DNA from: Hyphomicrobium sp.
GTDB taxonomy: Bacteria > Pseudomonadota > Alphaproteobacteria > Rhizobiales > Hyphomicrobiaceae
Direction: 5' to 3'
Length of the DNA stretch: 37,253 nt
Assembly (NCBI GenBank): GCA_031419475.1
Contig: JANOKW010000168.1
Span: forward strand, 1 to 37,253
How positions within the stretch are numbered: position 1 is the first letter of the stretch; each line of letters opens with the position of its first letter. The position numbers and the translations under genes are program-made. Under the pieces are notes generated by a model. The model was not told the origin of the DNA. It did no database searches and was given only the letters and a program-made list of their open reading frames with translations. Positions 1 to 9,848 of the stretch are shown here, in pieces.

Positions 1-76
1 CACATCTCCTTGCGAAGACGTCAGAAATCGAAGATTCGCGTGGCCAGAAAATGGCTGACTATGGTGCGTAATCAGG
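1..76 (-). mobile_element. Probable terminal segment of an insertion sequence (IS1380-like end?), continuing out of the window
   Basis: Acyltransferase-like sequence stops upstream of ~77 and there is an in-frame TGA at 56-58. The minus strand from 76 reads CCTGATTACGCACC..., resembling CC-initiated IS termini, and carries AAGGAG near the window edge. No transposase is visible, so this is inference. Confidence 0.35.
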
Positions 77-1000
77 TATCGGTATGTGGAGCTGCCGTTC
101 CGGCAGCCCGCGTCGGCATCCCGGTTTCGTTCTAATCAGACCTATGCGGTTTCATGCATGGCACTCGCCTTCACCCTAGTCAGTGCCGCCGGCCTAGAAG
201 TCTACGCGGGCGGTTTAGGCTGGAAAACGATAAAGGGCGAAGTTGCAATTGATTCGCGAATGGAGGATTGGAAGCGGGGTCGCTATTCGCTTTTGAAGAA
301 GGTCTGCCACGATCACAAAGACGGTCATTGCAACAACGTCAATCCGGGAACAAACTTCCTGATCATCGGCGACAGTCATGCTCCTGACGTTTTGACGTCA
401 TTCTTCGTGGCGGCACCTCAATACAACTACATCCTCAATTCAACAGGAGGATGCCCGCCACTCGCTGCATCCGATTTCGCGATCTTGAAGCCTGGGCATC
501 CGGACCGCGAGAAGTGCATCGCCCTCAATAAGCAACGATCAGATCCGTCTTACCTGAAGCAATTCGACGTTATCGCAATAAATGTACTCTATGAATGGTA
601 CCGGCCCGAACATCTCGCTCGCTACTTGAGCGTGTTGCGAGACGCAACGCGCGCGAGGATTTTTCTTTTTGGTGGCTTCATTTCACTGAATCGAGACTGC
701 GGTTTGGTCGCATTAAGCGGCGGACTCTCACGATGTTTTGAAGCCGAAAACATCAAGTCGTACAGGCCTTTCGAAGACGAACTCGAAAATATAGCGAAAC
801 GATACGACGTGACTTTCATCAGTAAATCCGAGATATTCTGCAACCGGAAGCAGCTTAGCGATTGCCACACCATCATTTCTGGGGTGCCTGCAACCGCCGA
901 TAAACATCATCTTACTTTCGAGTTTGCCCGGGAGATGGGGCTATGGATCCAGAAACGCTTTGGGAGAAACTATGAACTTCGACACACTTCGCCGCACTAA
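77..1000 (+). pseudogene. 5'-truncated OafA-like O-acyltransferase: last part of the Acyl_transf_3 domain plus SGNH/AT3 C-terminal domain
   Basis: The frame reads YRYVELPFR (typical end-of-AT3 motif), then a hydrophobic helix, IIGDSHA (catalytic Ser block) and DKHH (DxxH). An in-frame stop at 56-58 removes the membrane domain. ORF track gives GTG 86..1000. Confidence 0.65.
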
Positions 1001-1067
1001 CGGCTTGTGCCTAAGTCGGTTGAAGTTCAGTGCAGTTACCTATAACTGACTACCTAGTCGCCATCTG

Positions 1068-1835
1068 ATGGGGGAACCCTTGCGCAATATCGAACTTCCG
1101 TCCTTCAAAGACGCGTCTACGCGGCTGCGCGGACGCAATATCCGGGCCGGCTATCAACGTGGCTGGGGCCTGCAGTTTGGTGATTTGCGCGCGCAAGTGT
1201 TGAAGGACGACCTTTACCAGCATGCGTTCGAGCGCGCCAAGACGCGCACGGTCGTCGCCGAGTGGAACCGCATGAACCTTTATCTCATCCTTCGTTATGG
1301 ATTTGAGGGTTTGGCTGACGGGCACGTTCTGGAATTCGGCGCTTACAAGGGCGGTAATGCTATTTTCATGGCGGAAGTCTGCAAGGCTCTACACCCGGGC
1401 ACGAAAGTCTATGCCTTCGATACATTCGCTGGAATGCCGCCGGTCGATCCAACTCGCGATGCGCATCGCTCGGGAGATTTCGCCGACACGGGTTATGAGG
1501 AACTGCAGGAAGTTATCCACAAGCTGGGTTTGACCAACCTGGAGCTAGTAAGAGGCACGTTTGAAGAGTCCGCGGTACCTGCCTTGGAAAAAATAGAGAA
1601 GGCCCGCTTGGTGCATGTCGATTGTGACATCTACTCTGCGGTCGTGTACAGTTACGACGTCACCATTCCCAACATGGTCGAGGGCGGGTACTGGGTGTTT
1701 GATGACGCCCTTTACTCCAGCTGCATCGGCGCCATGGAAGCCATCGAAGAGGTCGTCATTCAACGAGACGGGCGCTTTTCAGAACAATCCTGGCCGCATC
1801 TCGTCTATCGCAGCTTCTCACCTTCTGATACCTAA
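1068..1835 (+). CDS. TylF/MycF/NovP-family sugar O-methyltransferase
   Basis: Motifs VLEFGAYKG, YAFDTFAGMP, LVHVDCDIY and GGYWVFDD. Confidence 0.88.
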   Translation: MGEPLRNIELPSFKDASTRLRGRNIRAGYQRGWGLQFGDLRAQVLKDDLYQHAFERAKTRTVVAEWNRMNLYLILRYGFEGLADGHVLEFGAYKGGNAIFMAEVCKALHPGTKVYAFDTFAGMPPVDPTRDAHRSGDFADTGYEELQEVIHKLGLTNLELVRGTFEESAVPALEKIEKARLVHVDCDIYSAVVYSYDVTIPNMVEGGYWVFDDALYSSCIGAMEAIEEVVIQRDGRFSEQSWPHLVYRSFSPSDT

Positions 1836-2066
1836 GTCAGTCAGCCGGATTCCAACCTCAATGGCCTCCACATACTACGAACAAAGATGTGACGATTTGG
1901 GACCATATTGATCGGCTTCGTTGTCACCAAATCTGGGTCGTTCTGCTGCAGCTGACTGCCAACTTGACTTGGCTTCCCCACCCCGATATTCCCAGAAATT
2001 GCCCATAATCGAGGTCGTCAGAAGGCCCTCGCGCGAAAGCCGTAATGTTTGGGACTGTCAAAGAAC

Positions 2067-5000
2067 ATGGTCACCCAGGATCAAGCTGCCGCAGAGTCCG
2101 GCACTCCAGCACAGACGGATACGTTCCGGTTGCTTTCACAGCGGCTTATCCAACATGCTCTTAAGGCTCCAACCGAACATTTAAGCGATGTCGGAAGCTG
2201 GCACGCACATATTCCGTTCGCTTACGCACTTATGGATATCCATCGGCCCCGATTGACCGTCGAACTCGGCGTTCACAAAGGCGACTCATATCTAACATTC
2301 TGCCGTGGCGTTGCTAACCATAGTGTCGATGGCCGAATCGTAGGAGTTGATACGTGGCAAGGCGATAGCCACGCAGGTTCCTATGACTCGGGTCCGATAC
2401 TATCCGACCTAAAGAGGCGTCACAGCGGACACGAGGCGTACTCGATACTTCTGCAGAAGACTTTTGACGACGCCTTGGCCGACATCGAAGATGGCTCTGT
2501 CGACTTGCTGCACATTGACGGATTGCATACCTATGATGCCGTCAAGCATGACTTCGACACCTGGCGGCCAAAGCTGTCGTCACGCGGCGTCGTAATGTTT
2601 CACGACACCCAAGTTCGAATTTCGGATTTCGGAGTCTGGCGACTGTGGGCAGAAATCAAGGATAGCGCTCCTTCGTATGAGTTCCCCTACGGGCATGGCC
2701 TTGGTGTCTTAGCGATTGGCCACGACGTTCCAGAACAAACGCTAAATTTGTTGAAAGCCCTCCAGCACATCACCGCTGTCGAGCAGCTTCCACTATCTGA
2801 ACTTCTCAGTTTGGTCGGTAACCGATTTGCTGAGAGTGCGCGCGTTAAAGCTCTGACTTCCGAACTCTCTCAGGTTCGTGACGATTGGACCGACGAGCGT
2901 ACGCGCGGCATGGCGGAAATAAATCGATTGAATGAAATCCTGACCGATGAGCGAACGCGCGGCATGGCCGAAATAAACCGCCTAACTGCAGATTGTGAGC
3001 AACTCAACACACGGATGCTATGTGAATTTAATTCTAGGGCTAGTGAAATTACCCGGTTCATTGCGATCATAAAATCTACGCCGAGGGCCGTTGCGGTACG
3101 GCACCTCAAGGGTGCTATTGCTGAAGTTTCTAAATTGAATGCCCAAATGAGTGAAACAAAGAATTCAGCATCGGCTGAACTTGCCAAGTTAGGCGCGCAA
3201 TTGAACGAGGCAGTGAATGCAACTCCTAGAGCAATAGTTGGCCGACAAATTCGAAAAGTTAAGGCGATCACTTCTGATCCCCGGGCCGCTGTTCGCACGC
3301 TCTCGTCCCGCACAATAAAGGTCACTCGCACAGGGATCGTGGCGGCAGGGCGCACCATGATGGGCATTCTGCCTGTAGGACCCGAAACAAAAGTGCGGAT
3401 AAAGGACAGATTATTTCGCAACTTTGGACGCAAACTCGGAATCGAACGCGGAACTGGAGAGCCTGAGACCGTTTGCCTTGTTGGCGATGTGCCTGTTTCG
3501 GTTCTCGGGGAACGCTGCCTTAGCCTAGCGTCTAGCGCACGAGGCCCTTCGACGAATGTGCCAGCCCGCAGCGTCTCGATTATCATACCCGTATATAACC
3601 AGATTTCCTACACGCTTGCCTGCATCGATTCAGTGAAAGAGAATACAACGGACATTGAATATGAGATCATTGTTGTCGATGATTGCTCGGCCGATCAGAC
3701 GTCAGCGCTTCTGTCCAGACGCGACGACATTATTTACAGCCGCAACAAAACGAATCTCGGGTTCATCGGTTCTTGCAATGCTGGCGCCAAGCGCGCCTCC
3801 AAAGAATATGTCTGCTTCTTGAACAACGATACCAAGGTCTTGCCGCACTGGCTATCGGCGTTGGTCAATACGTTTGAGCTCCATGAGAATGTGGGTCTTG
3901 CGGGATCAAAACTGATCTTTCCGGACGGCCGCCTGCAGGAAGCGGGCGGCTTGATTTGGGATGACGGATCGGGATGGAACTGGGGACGGCTGAAAGACGT
4001 GTCCGATCCCCGTTATAACTATGCGCGCATTGCCGACTATTGTTCGGGAGCCTCTATTCTTTTGCCCCGAGCACTTTTTTCCTACCTTGATGGATTTGAT
4101 CCGTACTATGCGCCTGCATACGGGGAAGACTCTGATCTCGCCTTCAAAATCAGATCAATGGGTCTGGCAACCATTTATCAGCCCCTTTCTCAGGTCGTAC
4201 ACTATGAGGGTATTTCAAACGGAGTCAGCCTTGAAAGTGGCGTCAAGCAGCACCAAGTCGTAAACGCCCAAAAACTGGCGATGCGGTGGGCCCCGTATCT
4301 GCGCGAGCAAGGTCCGAACGGGGTAAACGCGGACATAGTTTCCGATCGGGGCGTCGTCGGACGCATCCTCGTGATTGATCAGATTACTCCTGAACCCGAT
4401 CACGATGCCGGCTCTATTACGACATTGGAGATCATGAGGGCGCTTCGGGATCTAGGTCATAAAATTACTTTTGTGCCGTGTTCGAACTTCACTTGGTTGC
4501 ATCCATATTCGCAGCTCCTTGCGTCGCTTGGCATTGAGTCGGTCGTCCTGCCATGGGCCACGAGTTTCACCGAACATTTGACTCGATTCGGAGCGTCCTA
4601 CGACGCAGTCGTATTCTTCCGGCCACAGACGTGGGCTGACTATATTGATCTGATCCGCAAACACGCGCCGCAGGCACGCACCATCTATCATTCCAGCGAT
4701 TTGCATTTTCTTCGCGAAGAGAGATCGCTTGGGCTTGCGGCCAAAGAGGCCGGGAATTCGAAAAGTCAGGCTCTTGAGGCCTTAAAGCAGACTGAACTTG
4801 ATCTGATAGCGTCTTCCGATCTGTGCATCGTGCATTCGCAGACTGAAAAGGATATCCTTGAATCACTGCGTCCCGACAGCCAGGTCGTTTGCTTCCCTTG
4901 GATTTATGAACCAAGAGGCAGTGGACCCGATATCGCCGCCCGTGAAGGTCTCATTTTCGTAGGCGGATACGGTCACCCGCCGAACGTCGATGCGGCTAAT

Positions 5001-6014
5001 CATTTCATCGAAGATATTTTTCCATTGCTGGCTGGTAGGTTGCCTGAGAGCTGCCAATTTACGGCTGCCGGTAGTTTCCCTCCTGCTGAATTGCAGTCTA
5101 AATCAGGAGCACGCATCGCCATACCGGGTTATGTCGAGAATCTCGAACCTCTGCTCTATACAGCCCGGGTTATGGTCGTGCCGCTCCGTTACGGTGCCGG
5201 CATTAAGGGAAAAATTATCACAGCGCTTGCCCACGGCCTCCCGGTTGTCACGACAAAAATCGGCGCCGAAGGCATGGGCCTGATCCACGAACAGCACGTC
5301 CTCATTGCAGACAGCGAAAGCGATTTCGCCGATGCCGTTGTTAGGCTGTATTCGGACCGAAATCTTTGGTGCAGTCTGCAGCATGCCGGTCTAGAGTATG
5401 TGGCACAAACAACATCACGGCGGGCGGGATTACAAATTGTCGAAGACATACTGAGACGGTTGAAGCTACCCATGATTTCGTGTTCCACGAACGGCGGATC
5501 GTCAGTAGTTCCAGGCCATTCCACCGCCTTCGGAAGCCGGCCTTCCCTCTTTGATCTATCGAAATTGGTAGAGGCCGCACGAGCCGTGCTGCAACCAGGC
5601 ACCGCTCCGGAGACAATTGTTGTGCCAGATGGATCGGCACTCACTTGCGCTGGTGCCGAGACGATGGAATTCCGCAAGCTTGTCACAGGTCTTACGCCGC
5701 AGACTAATCTAATTGTCGCAGCGGACGGTACCGATATGGATGCACTGAACCAACTGGCGAAGTATTGCAACACGAAGTTACCAGCGAACTCGGCCGTGGC
5801 AATAGTTTTTGCGCCGCCACGGCTCCATGCGGACGCCTCAGGCTACCGCATGATGAAACCGTTCGCGAACTGGGAATTGAGCGCCATTGATTCACCGCTG
5901 CACGAACGACTTCAGTACCACTTTGAAGGCACCCATCATGACAATACTTGGCTTGTGGACAAGAGTCTGACTGGGTTCCCTTCTCTTCCTATACTACTTA
6001 TGAGGCCCCGTTAA
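2067..6014 (+). CDS. Multidomain glycan synthase: SAM methyltransferase + coiled coil + GT2 + GT4-like + unknown C-terminal domain
   Basis: Methyltransferase motifs VELGVHKGDS, LLHIDGLHTY and VMFHD. GT2 motifs SIIIPVYN, IVVDD, FLNND and YGEDSDL. GT-B motifs FVGGYGHPPNVDA and PLRYGAGIKGK...ALAHGLPVVTT. ATG at 2067 preferred over TTG at 2049. Confidence 0.9.
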   Translation: MVTQDQAAAESGTPAQTDTFRLLSQRLIQHALKAPTEHLSDVGSWHAHIPFAYALMDIHRPRLTVELGVHKGDSYLTFCRGVANHSVDGRIVGVDTWQGDSHAGSYDSGPILSDLKRRHSGHEAYSILLQKTFDDALADIEDGSVDLLHIDGLHTYDAVKHDFDTWRPKLSSRGVVMFHDTQVRISDFGVWRLWAEIKDSAPSYEFPYGHGLGVLAIGHDVPEQTLNLLKALQHITAVEQLPLSELLSLVGNRFAESARVKALTSELSQVRDDWTDERTRGMAEINRLNEILTDERTRGMAEINRLTADCEQLNTRMLCEFNSRASEITRFIAIIKSTPRAVAVRHLKGAIAEVSKLNAQMSETKNSASAELAKLGAQLNEAVNATPRAIVGRQIRKVKAITSDPRAAVRTLSSRTIKVTRTGIVAAGRTMMGILPVGPETKVRIKDRLFRNFGRKLGIERGTGEPETVCLVGDVPVSVLGERCLSLASSARGPSTNVPARSVSIIIPVYNQISYTLACIDSVKENTTDIEYEIIVVDDCSADQTSALLSRRDDIIYSRNKTNLGFIGSCNAGAKRASKEYVCFLNNDTKVLPHWLSALVNTFELHENVGLAGSKLIFPDGRLQEAGGLIWDDGSGWNWGRLKDVSDPRYNYARIADYCSGASILLPRALFSYLDGFDPYYAPAYGEDSDLAFKIRSMGLATIYQPLSQVVHYEGISNGVSLESGVKQHQVVNAQKLAMRWAPYLREQGPNGVNADIVSDRGVVGRILVIDQITPEPDHDAGSITTLEIMRALRDLGHKITFVPCSNFTWLHPYSQLLASLGIESVVLPWATSFTEHLTRFGASYDAVVFFRPQTWADYIDLIRKHAPQARTIYHSSDLHFLREERSLGLAAKEAGNSKSQALEALKQTELDLIASSDLCIVHSQTEKDILESLRPDSQVVCFPWIYEPRGSGPDIAAREGLIFVGGYGHPPNVDAANHFIEDIFPLLAGRLPESCQFTAAGSFPPAELQSKSGARIAIPGYVENLEPLLYTARVMVVPLRYGAGIKGKIITALAHGLPVVTTKIGAEGMGLIHEQHVLIADSESDFADAVVRLYSDRNLWCSLQHAGLEYVAQTTSRRAGLQIVEDILRRLKLPMISCSTNGGSSVVPGHSTAFGSRPSLFDLSKLVEAARAVLQPGTAPETIVVPDGSALTCAGAETMEFRKLVTGLTPQTNLIVAADGTDMDALNQLAKYCNTKLPANSAVAIVFAPPRLHADASGYRMMKPFANWELSAIDSPLHERLQYHFEGTHHDNTWLVDKSLTGFPSLPILLMRPR
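2889..2984 (+). repeat. In-frame tandem repeat, 54-bp period, encoding TDERTRGMAEINRL twice
   Basis: Copies at 2889-2930 and 2943-2984 differ at 7 nt, all synonymous. Confidence 0.9.
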
Positions 6015-6230
6015 TGATGCACGAAATAGGAATTTGGCCGTCTATAAAATTTTCCACGTCGTAGTTCAGAAAGACCATTTCTGACAACGATCCAGAACTG
6101 GGGCAAGTCTTGGGTTGTGGACACTGCATTTCGATCAGCGTAGGAACGCTTGCCGGTCCTCACCTAGCCTGCCCGGCAACGCAATGGCCAACAAATCGAC
6201 CGACGAGCAACCAAGGATAACCTGGCGCGC

Positions 6231-7595
6231 ATGAGTGAAGAAATGGACTTTATCGTCGGTGGTATGCCGCGGGGAGGCACGACCGCGCTTAGCATCGTAT
6301 TCAATCTTCATCCAGATTCATTCTGCTACGCTGCAGAGTCGCACTTGATGCCGCTTTTGCTCGAATTTGCACAGGACGCACCGGCACCATCAGGAAGTCT
6401 AAAGGGCCTTCGCAAAATCCTGGAGGCACAAAATCATCAAGTCCTGATCGAAATGCCGCGCTTTAGTGTCAAGTCCGGTGCATCCGACCGATGGGTCATA
6501 TTTGACGAGCCTGCTGTTGCCAAAGTGAATAACTTGGTGATGGAACTTCTGGAACAAGGTCTCTACGGGCGCGAACTCTGTGAGGCCGCACTTCGACGCC
6601 TTTCAGGCGTTATCCGGGAGAAGTCCGGAAAAGCGGTCGTGGGGGAAAAAACACCTTCCAACGTTTTCGCCTTCCGCGAGTATGGTTCAATCGGCACCAA
6701 GCTGGCCCCCGTTTTGTTGCGCGAGCCTTTCTCCGTCATAAAATCTATGCAGACGCGGGGCGAAGACAAAACCGACCAATATAACTCACCCTTTAAGGGG
6801 CAGCTCGTTGAACTCATTGGACTCTATTTATCTTACGCCGAAGCCGTTCGCGATTCTCAGTCTCAGCAGCACATCATGGTGGTGAAATATGAGGAGCTTC
6901 TCAAGAACTCCACCGAGATTGTAAGCTCCATGTACAAAACCGTGGGTCTTCGCGATCACCCGCGTGCCATTGAGCTAGCCGTTAAAAGCTTAAAAATCCG
7001 GTCGGGCGAGAAACCTTGGGAGACTTTTTCACCGCCCGAGCAGGCATTGATTTGGCACGTCACAAGCGCCGTGCGCCACCAACTGGGATATGGCGCAGAA
7101 TTCTATGAATCGCAGGGCTACGCGCCCACAAGTGAACAACTGCACTTACCGTGCGACGAGACGATAATGCAACCCATCTACGGCTACTACGCAAAGCACG
7201 TCACTGAAGGCGGGATGTGGCTTATGAAGGACAGCTGCATCGTCATGCAGGTGTCGAACACAGCCAAGTCAGTCGAAATGAAGTTCTGGTCCGAATTTCC
7301 TGATGCAGTATCGAACGACGACACCCTAATAACCTTGAGCGCCCTTGAATCAAGCGCGCAGGCACCATTTGCACAAATCAGTGTGGGTAAAAAAGCCACA
7401 TACAGCACACTAGCCCTGGATGTCGCGAGCATGACGCCTGCCTACAGAGGAGCGAACGGATCAATTTATGTCTTCAACTTGAAATCTAGTCACGCCTACC
7501 GGAGGACAGTAACTCCCCAGAGCAGATTCAAGATCTTTTTTGGCGCAGACAGACGTCAACTTGCTTTCAACCACGTCGAGACAAAGGTTTCTTAA
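6231..7595 (+). CDS. PAPS-dependent sulfotransferase with C-terminal extension
   Basis: 5'-PSB loop FIVGGMPRGGTT, GEKTP, 3'-PB motif LLREPFSVIKS and VKYEEL. Confidence 0.85.
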   Translation: MSEEMDFIVGGMPRGGTTALSIVFNLHPDSFCYAAESHLMPLLLEFAQDAPAPSGSLKGLRKILEAQNHQVLIEMPRFSVKSGASDRWVIFDEPAVAKVNNLVMELLEQGLYGRELCEAALRRLSGVIREKSGKAVVGEKTPSNVFAFREYGSIGTKLAPVLLREPFSVIKSMQTRGEDKTDQYNSPFKGQLVELIGLYLSYAEAVRDSQSQQHIMVVKYEELLKNSTEIVSSMYKTVGLRDHPRAIELAVKSLKIRSGEKPWETFSPPEQALIWHVTSAVRHQLGYGAEFYESQGYAPTSEQLHLPCDETIMQPIYGYYAKHVTEGGMWLMKDSCIVMQVSNTAKSVEMKFWSEFPDAVSNDDTLITLSALESSAQAPFAQISVGKKATYSTLALDVASMTPAYRGANGSIYVFNLKSSHAYRRTVTPQSRFKIFFGADRRQLAFNHVETKVS

Positions 7596-7627
7596 GTGGA
7601 CGAGTATTTGTTCAGCGGCATTCCGGG

Positions 7628-8767
7628 CTATTGCGATATGGCCGCATGTTCCCTCTTTGCCTGAGCGAAAACCTCCGTCAGAAACCGATCCATAGACCGG
7701 CTATCTTTGCTCGCCAAAAGGTTCTTTGAGATGGTGTCATAGAGACCAGCTTCATTGACGAGACGGCACAGTGCTTCTGCAAACGCATCCGCATCGATGC
7801 GTGCTGCCAGTACACCCGTTTTTCCGTCAATCACCTGCTCTGCGATTCCCCCAACGGGCATTGCTACGACGGGCATCGCGTGGCCAAACGCCGTTGCAGC
7901 GACTCCCGACTGACTTGCCTCAATGTGCGCGCAGGCCATGACGTCATAGCGCGCAAGTATCGCGCTGATTTCATCGTCTCGAATCCAGCGATTCATGACT
8001 TCGGCTCCAAGTTCTTCGAGCCGAATGCGGCTGGCAGGAGCAATGGCGCCCGAACCAGCGACACCGAGCCGAATGCTCATGCCACTTTCCCGGAGCTGGT
8101 AAACGGCGTCGATAAGCAGATTAAGCCCTTTGTAAGCCATGATCCTACCGAGAAACAGAATTCGTAACGGCTGACCGGCAACAAGTCTTCTCGGTTCGCC
8201 ACTGAAATCAAACCGCAAGTCTGGGTGAAATAATGTGCTGATACGGCCGCCAGCCGCTACGTTCTGCGTTGCTAGGGACTGCGCTACAGCGCCACTCAAA
8301 GTCAGAACTCGATCCGCCCGTTTCGCGTCACGCATGAGCCATCGCGTCAGTCGCGCCGTGTTATCGCCAGGATGCGGGACAGCATCGTGAATGACAGACA
8401 TGAATACAGACTTGCGGCGCTTTACGGTTGGCGCCAGCAGTGGAGACCAGACATGCGGCATCAGATTAATGATTGCGTGAGGACGTCTTGCCGCTAGGCG
8501 CGAGTCCAAGCTCTTTCGCGCTCGTGGGAACCCAGTAATCAGGGCCGCCGACATTGGATTATCAAAGGTCGGAATCGCGTGCACGGACGAGCCAAGATCT
8601 TTCAGCTTTGCAAAAAGATCGCTATTTCGAGAGACGATGAAACCCGCGGCGATGTCCCCGCTTTGCCCTACGGCTTTTGCCAACTCCCACGTGAACTGGC
8701 CGAGCGATCCTTGCCGGCCGAGGTACATGAAATCGATCAGAAAAGGGGGAGCTGGAGGCTTCGTCAT
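7628..8767 (-). CDS. Glycosyltransferase family 4
   Basis: IHDAVPHPG, FLGRIMAYKGL and ASQSGVAATAFGHAMPVV...GGIAEQV. Confidence 0.88.
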   Translation of the reverse strand: MTKPPAPPFLIDFMYLGRQGSLGQFTWELAKAVGQSGDIAAGFIVSRNSDLFAKLKDLGSSVHAIPTFDNPMSAALITGFPRARKSLDSRLAARRPHAIINLMPHVWSPLLAPTVKRRKSVFMSVIHDAVPHPGDNTARLTRWLMRDAKRADRVLTLSGAVAQSLATQNVAAGGRISTLFHPDLRFDFSGEPRRLVAGQPLRILFLGRIMAYKGLNLLIDAVYQLRESGMSIRLGVAGSGAIAPASRIRLEELGAEVMNRWIRDDEISAILARYDVMACAHIEASQSGVAATAFGHAMPVVAMPVGGIAEQVIDGKTGVLAARIDADAFAEALCRLVNEAGLYDTISKNLLASKDSRSMDRFLTEVFAQAKREHAAISQ

Positions 8768-9004
8768 GTGTGGCCCCGGAGTCCATTTTGGAGCATGCTA
8801 CAGTCCCTTTATCCGGCCGGATGATGACTTTTTTGCACCTAGATCGCTTGGCCCCGCGGGTCATGAAGTGACGTCGCGGAATTGCGAATAGCCGTCGAAG
8901 ACGTTGGGATGACCGTGACCGTATTACATGTGTTGTCACGCCCGGTAAGCCTGTTATACACGCCAAAGATTGTGAGCAATACCGGTTTGATCGCGGAGAT
9001 CCGA

Positions 9005-9829
9005 ATGGTTGGAGACGTGCTGATCGAAGCACTGAACATCGGTCTGAGCATTCCTGTGTATCTGCCGCAGGAGCGCAGCATCATGACGAATCCTGCGAGC
9101 CTCGTTTCAGACTTCTATCTCAATAACCGTAATCGTCACGTTCAGGAGCTATTGATCGATTTGTCTTTTTCACTGCGCGCCGGACAACGGCTTGCAGTAA
9201 TCGGACTGAACGGCGCAGGTAAATCGACGTTGCTGCGCCTTCTTGGGGGTATCTATCGCCCCACCAAGGGAACTTTGACAATCAACTGCATGCCAAAAGG
9301 GCTTTTCGACATTTCCCTCGGCTTCATTGGCGACGCGACGGGGCTAGAAAACATCTACCTCCGGGGCCTCGAGATGGGCCTAACGATCGCTCAAATTCGG
9401 GAACTTATACCCAAGATCATAGATTTTAGTGAGCTGTCAGCTTCGATCGACAAGCCTCTCAATACTTTTTCGACAGGAATGAGACTGCGACTTGCCGTGT
9501 CGATCGCCTTGTCAGTTCAACCCGATGTCATGCTACTCGACGAGTGGATTGGATCAGGGGATTCTGCATTTCAAAGTAAGGTGACGGAACGCTTGAACCA
9601 ATTGGTTGATGCTTCGCGCGGCCTCATACTGGCTTCCCATAACGATGTCCTTTTGAAACGGGTATGCACGAGTGGCATCGTGCTGCAAAAAGGCCGATCA
9701 GTGTTTTTAGGTGAGCTGAGCGAGGCCCTCGGCTACTACCATGAACATATTCGCCCGTCTCCGAAGCGGCCCCAGCCCACAAAGCTAGAGCCGGACAAAT
9801 CGCAGCCTAGTTCTGAAAAGCACGCATAA
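9005..9829 (+). CDS. Polysaccharide-export ABC transporter ATP-binding protein (Wzt/KpsT-like)
   Basis: Walker A GLNGAGKST, TGLENIYL, signature FSTGMRLRL, Walker B LLDE and H-loop ASH. ATG at 9005 follows GGAGA; the ORF track extends to 8882. Confidence 0.9.
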   Translation: MVGDVLIEALNIGLSIPVYLPQERSIMTNPASLVSDFYLNNRNRHVQELLIDLSFSLRAGQRLAVIGLNGAGKSTLLRLLGGIYRPTKGTLTINCMPKGLFDISLGFIGDATGLENIYLRGLEMGLTIAQIRELIPKIIDFSELSASIDKPLNTFSTGMRLRLAVSIALSVQPDVMLLDEWIGSGDSAFQSKVTERLNQLVDASRGLILASHNDVLLKRVCTSGIVLQKGRSVFLGELSEALGYYHEHIRPSPKRPQPTKLEPDKSQPSSEKHA

Positions 9830-9848
9830 GGGGGCCCGCCGATCCAAT

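Noticed and set aside
2870-3586. 238-aa minus-strand ORF with a repeat
   Set aside because: Antisense to the large glycosyltransferase; the repeat simply mirrors the sense-strand repeat.
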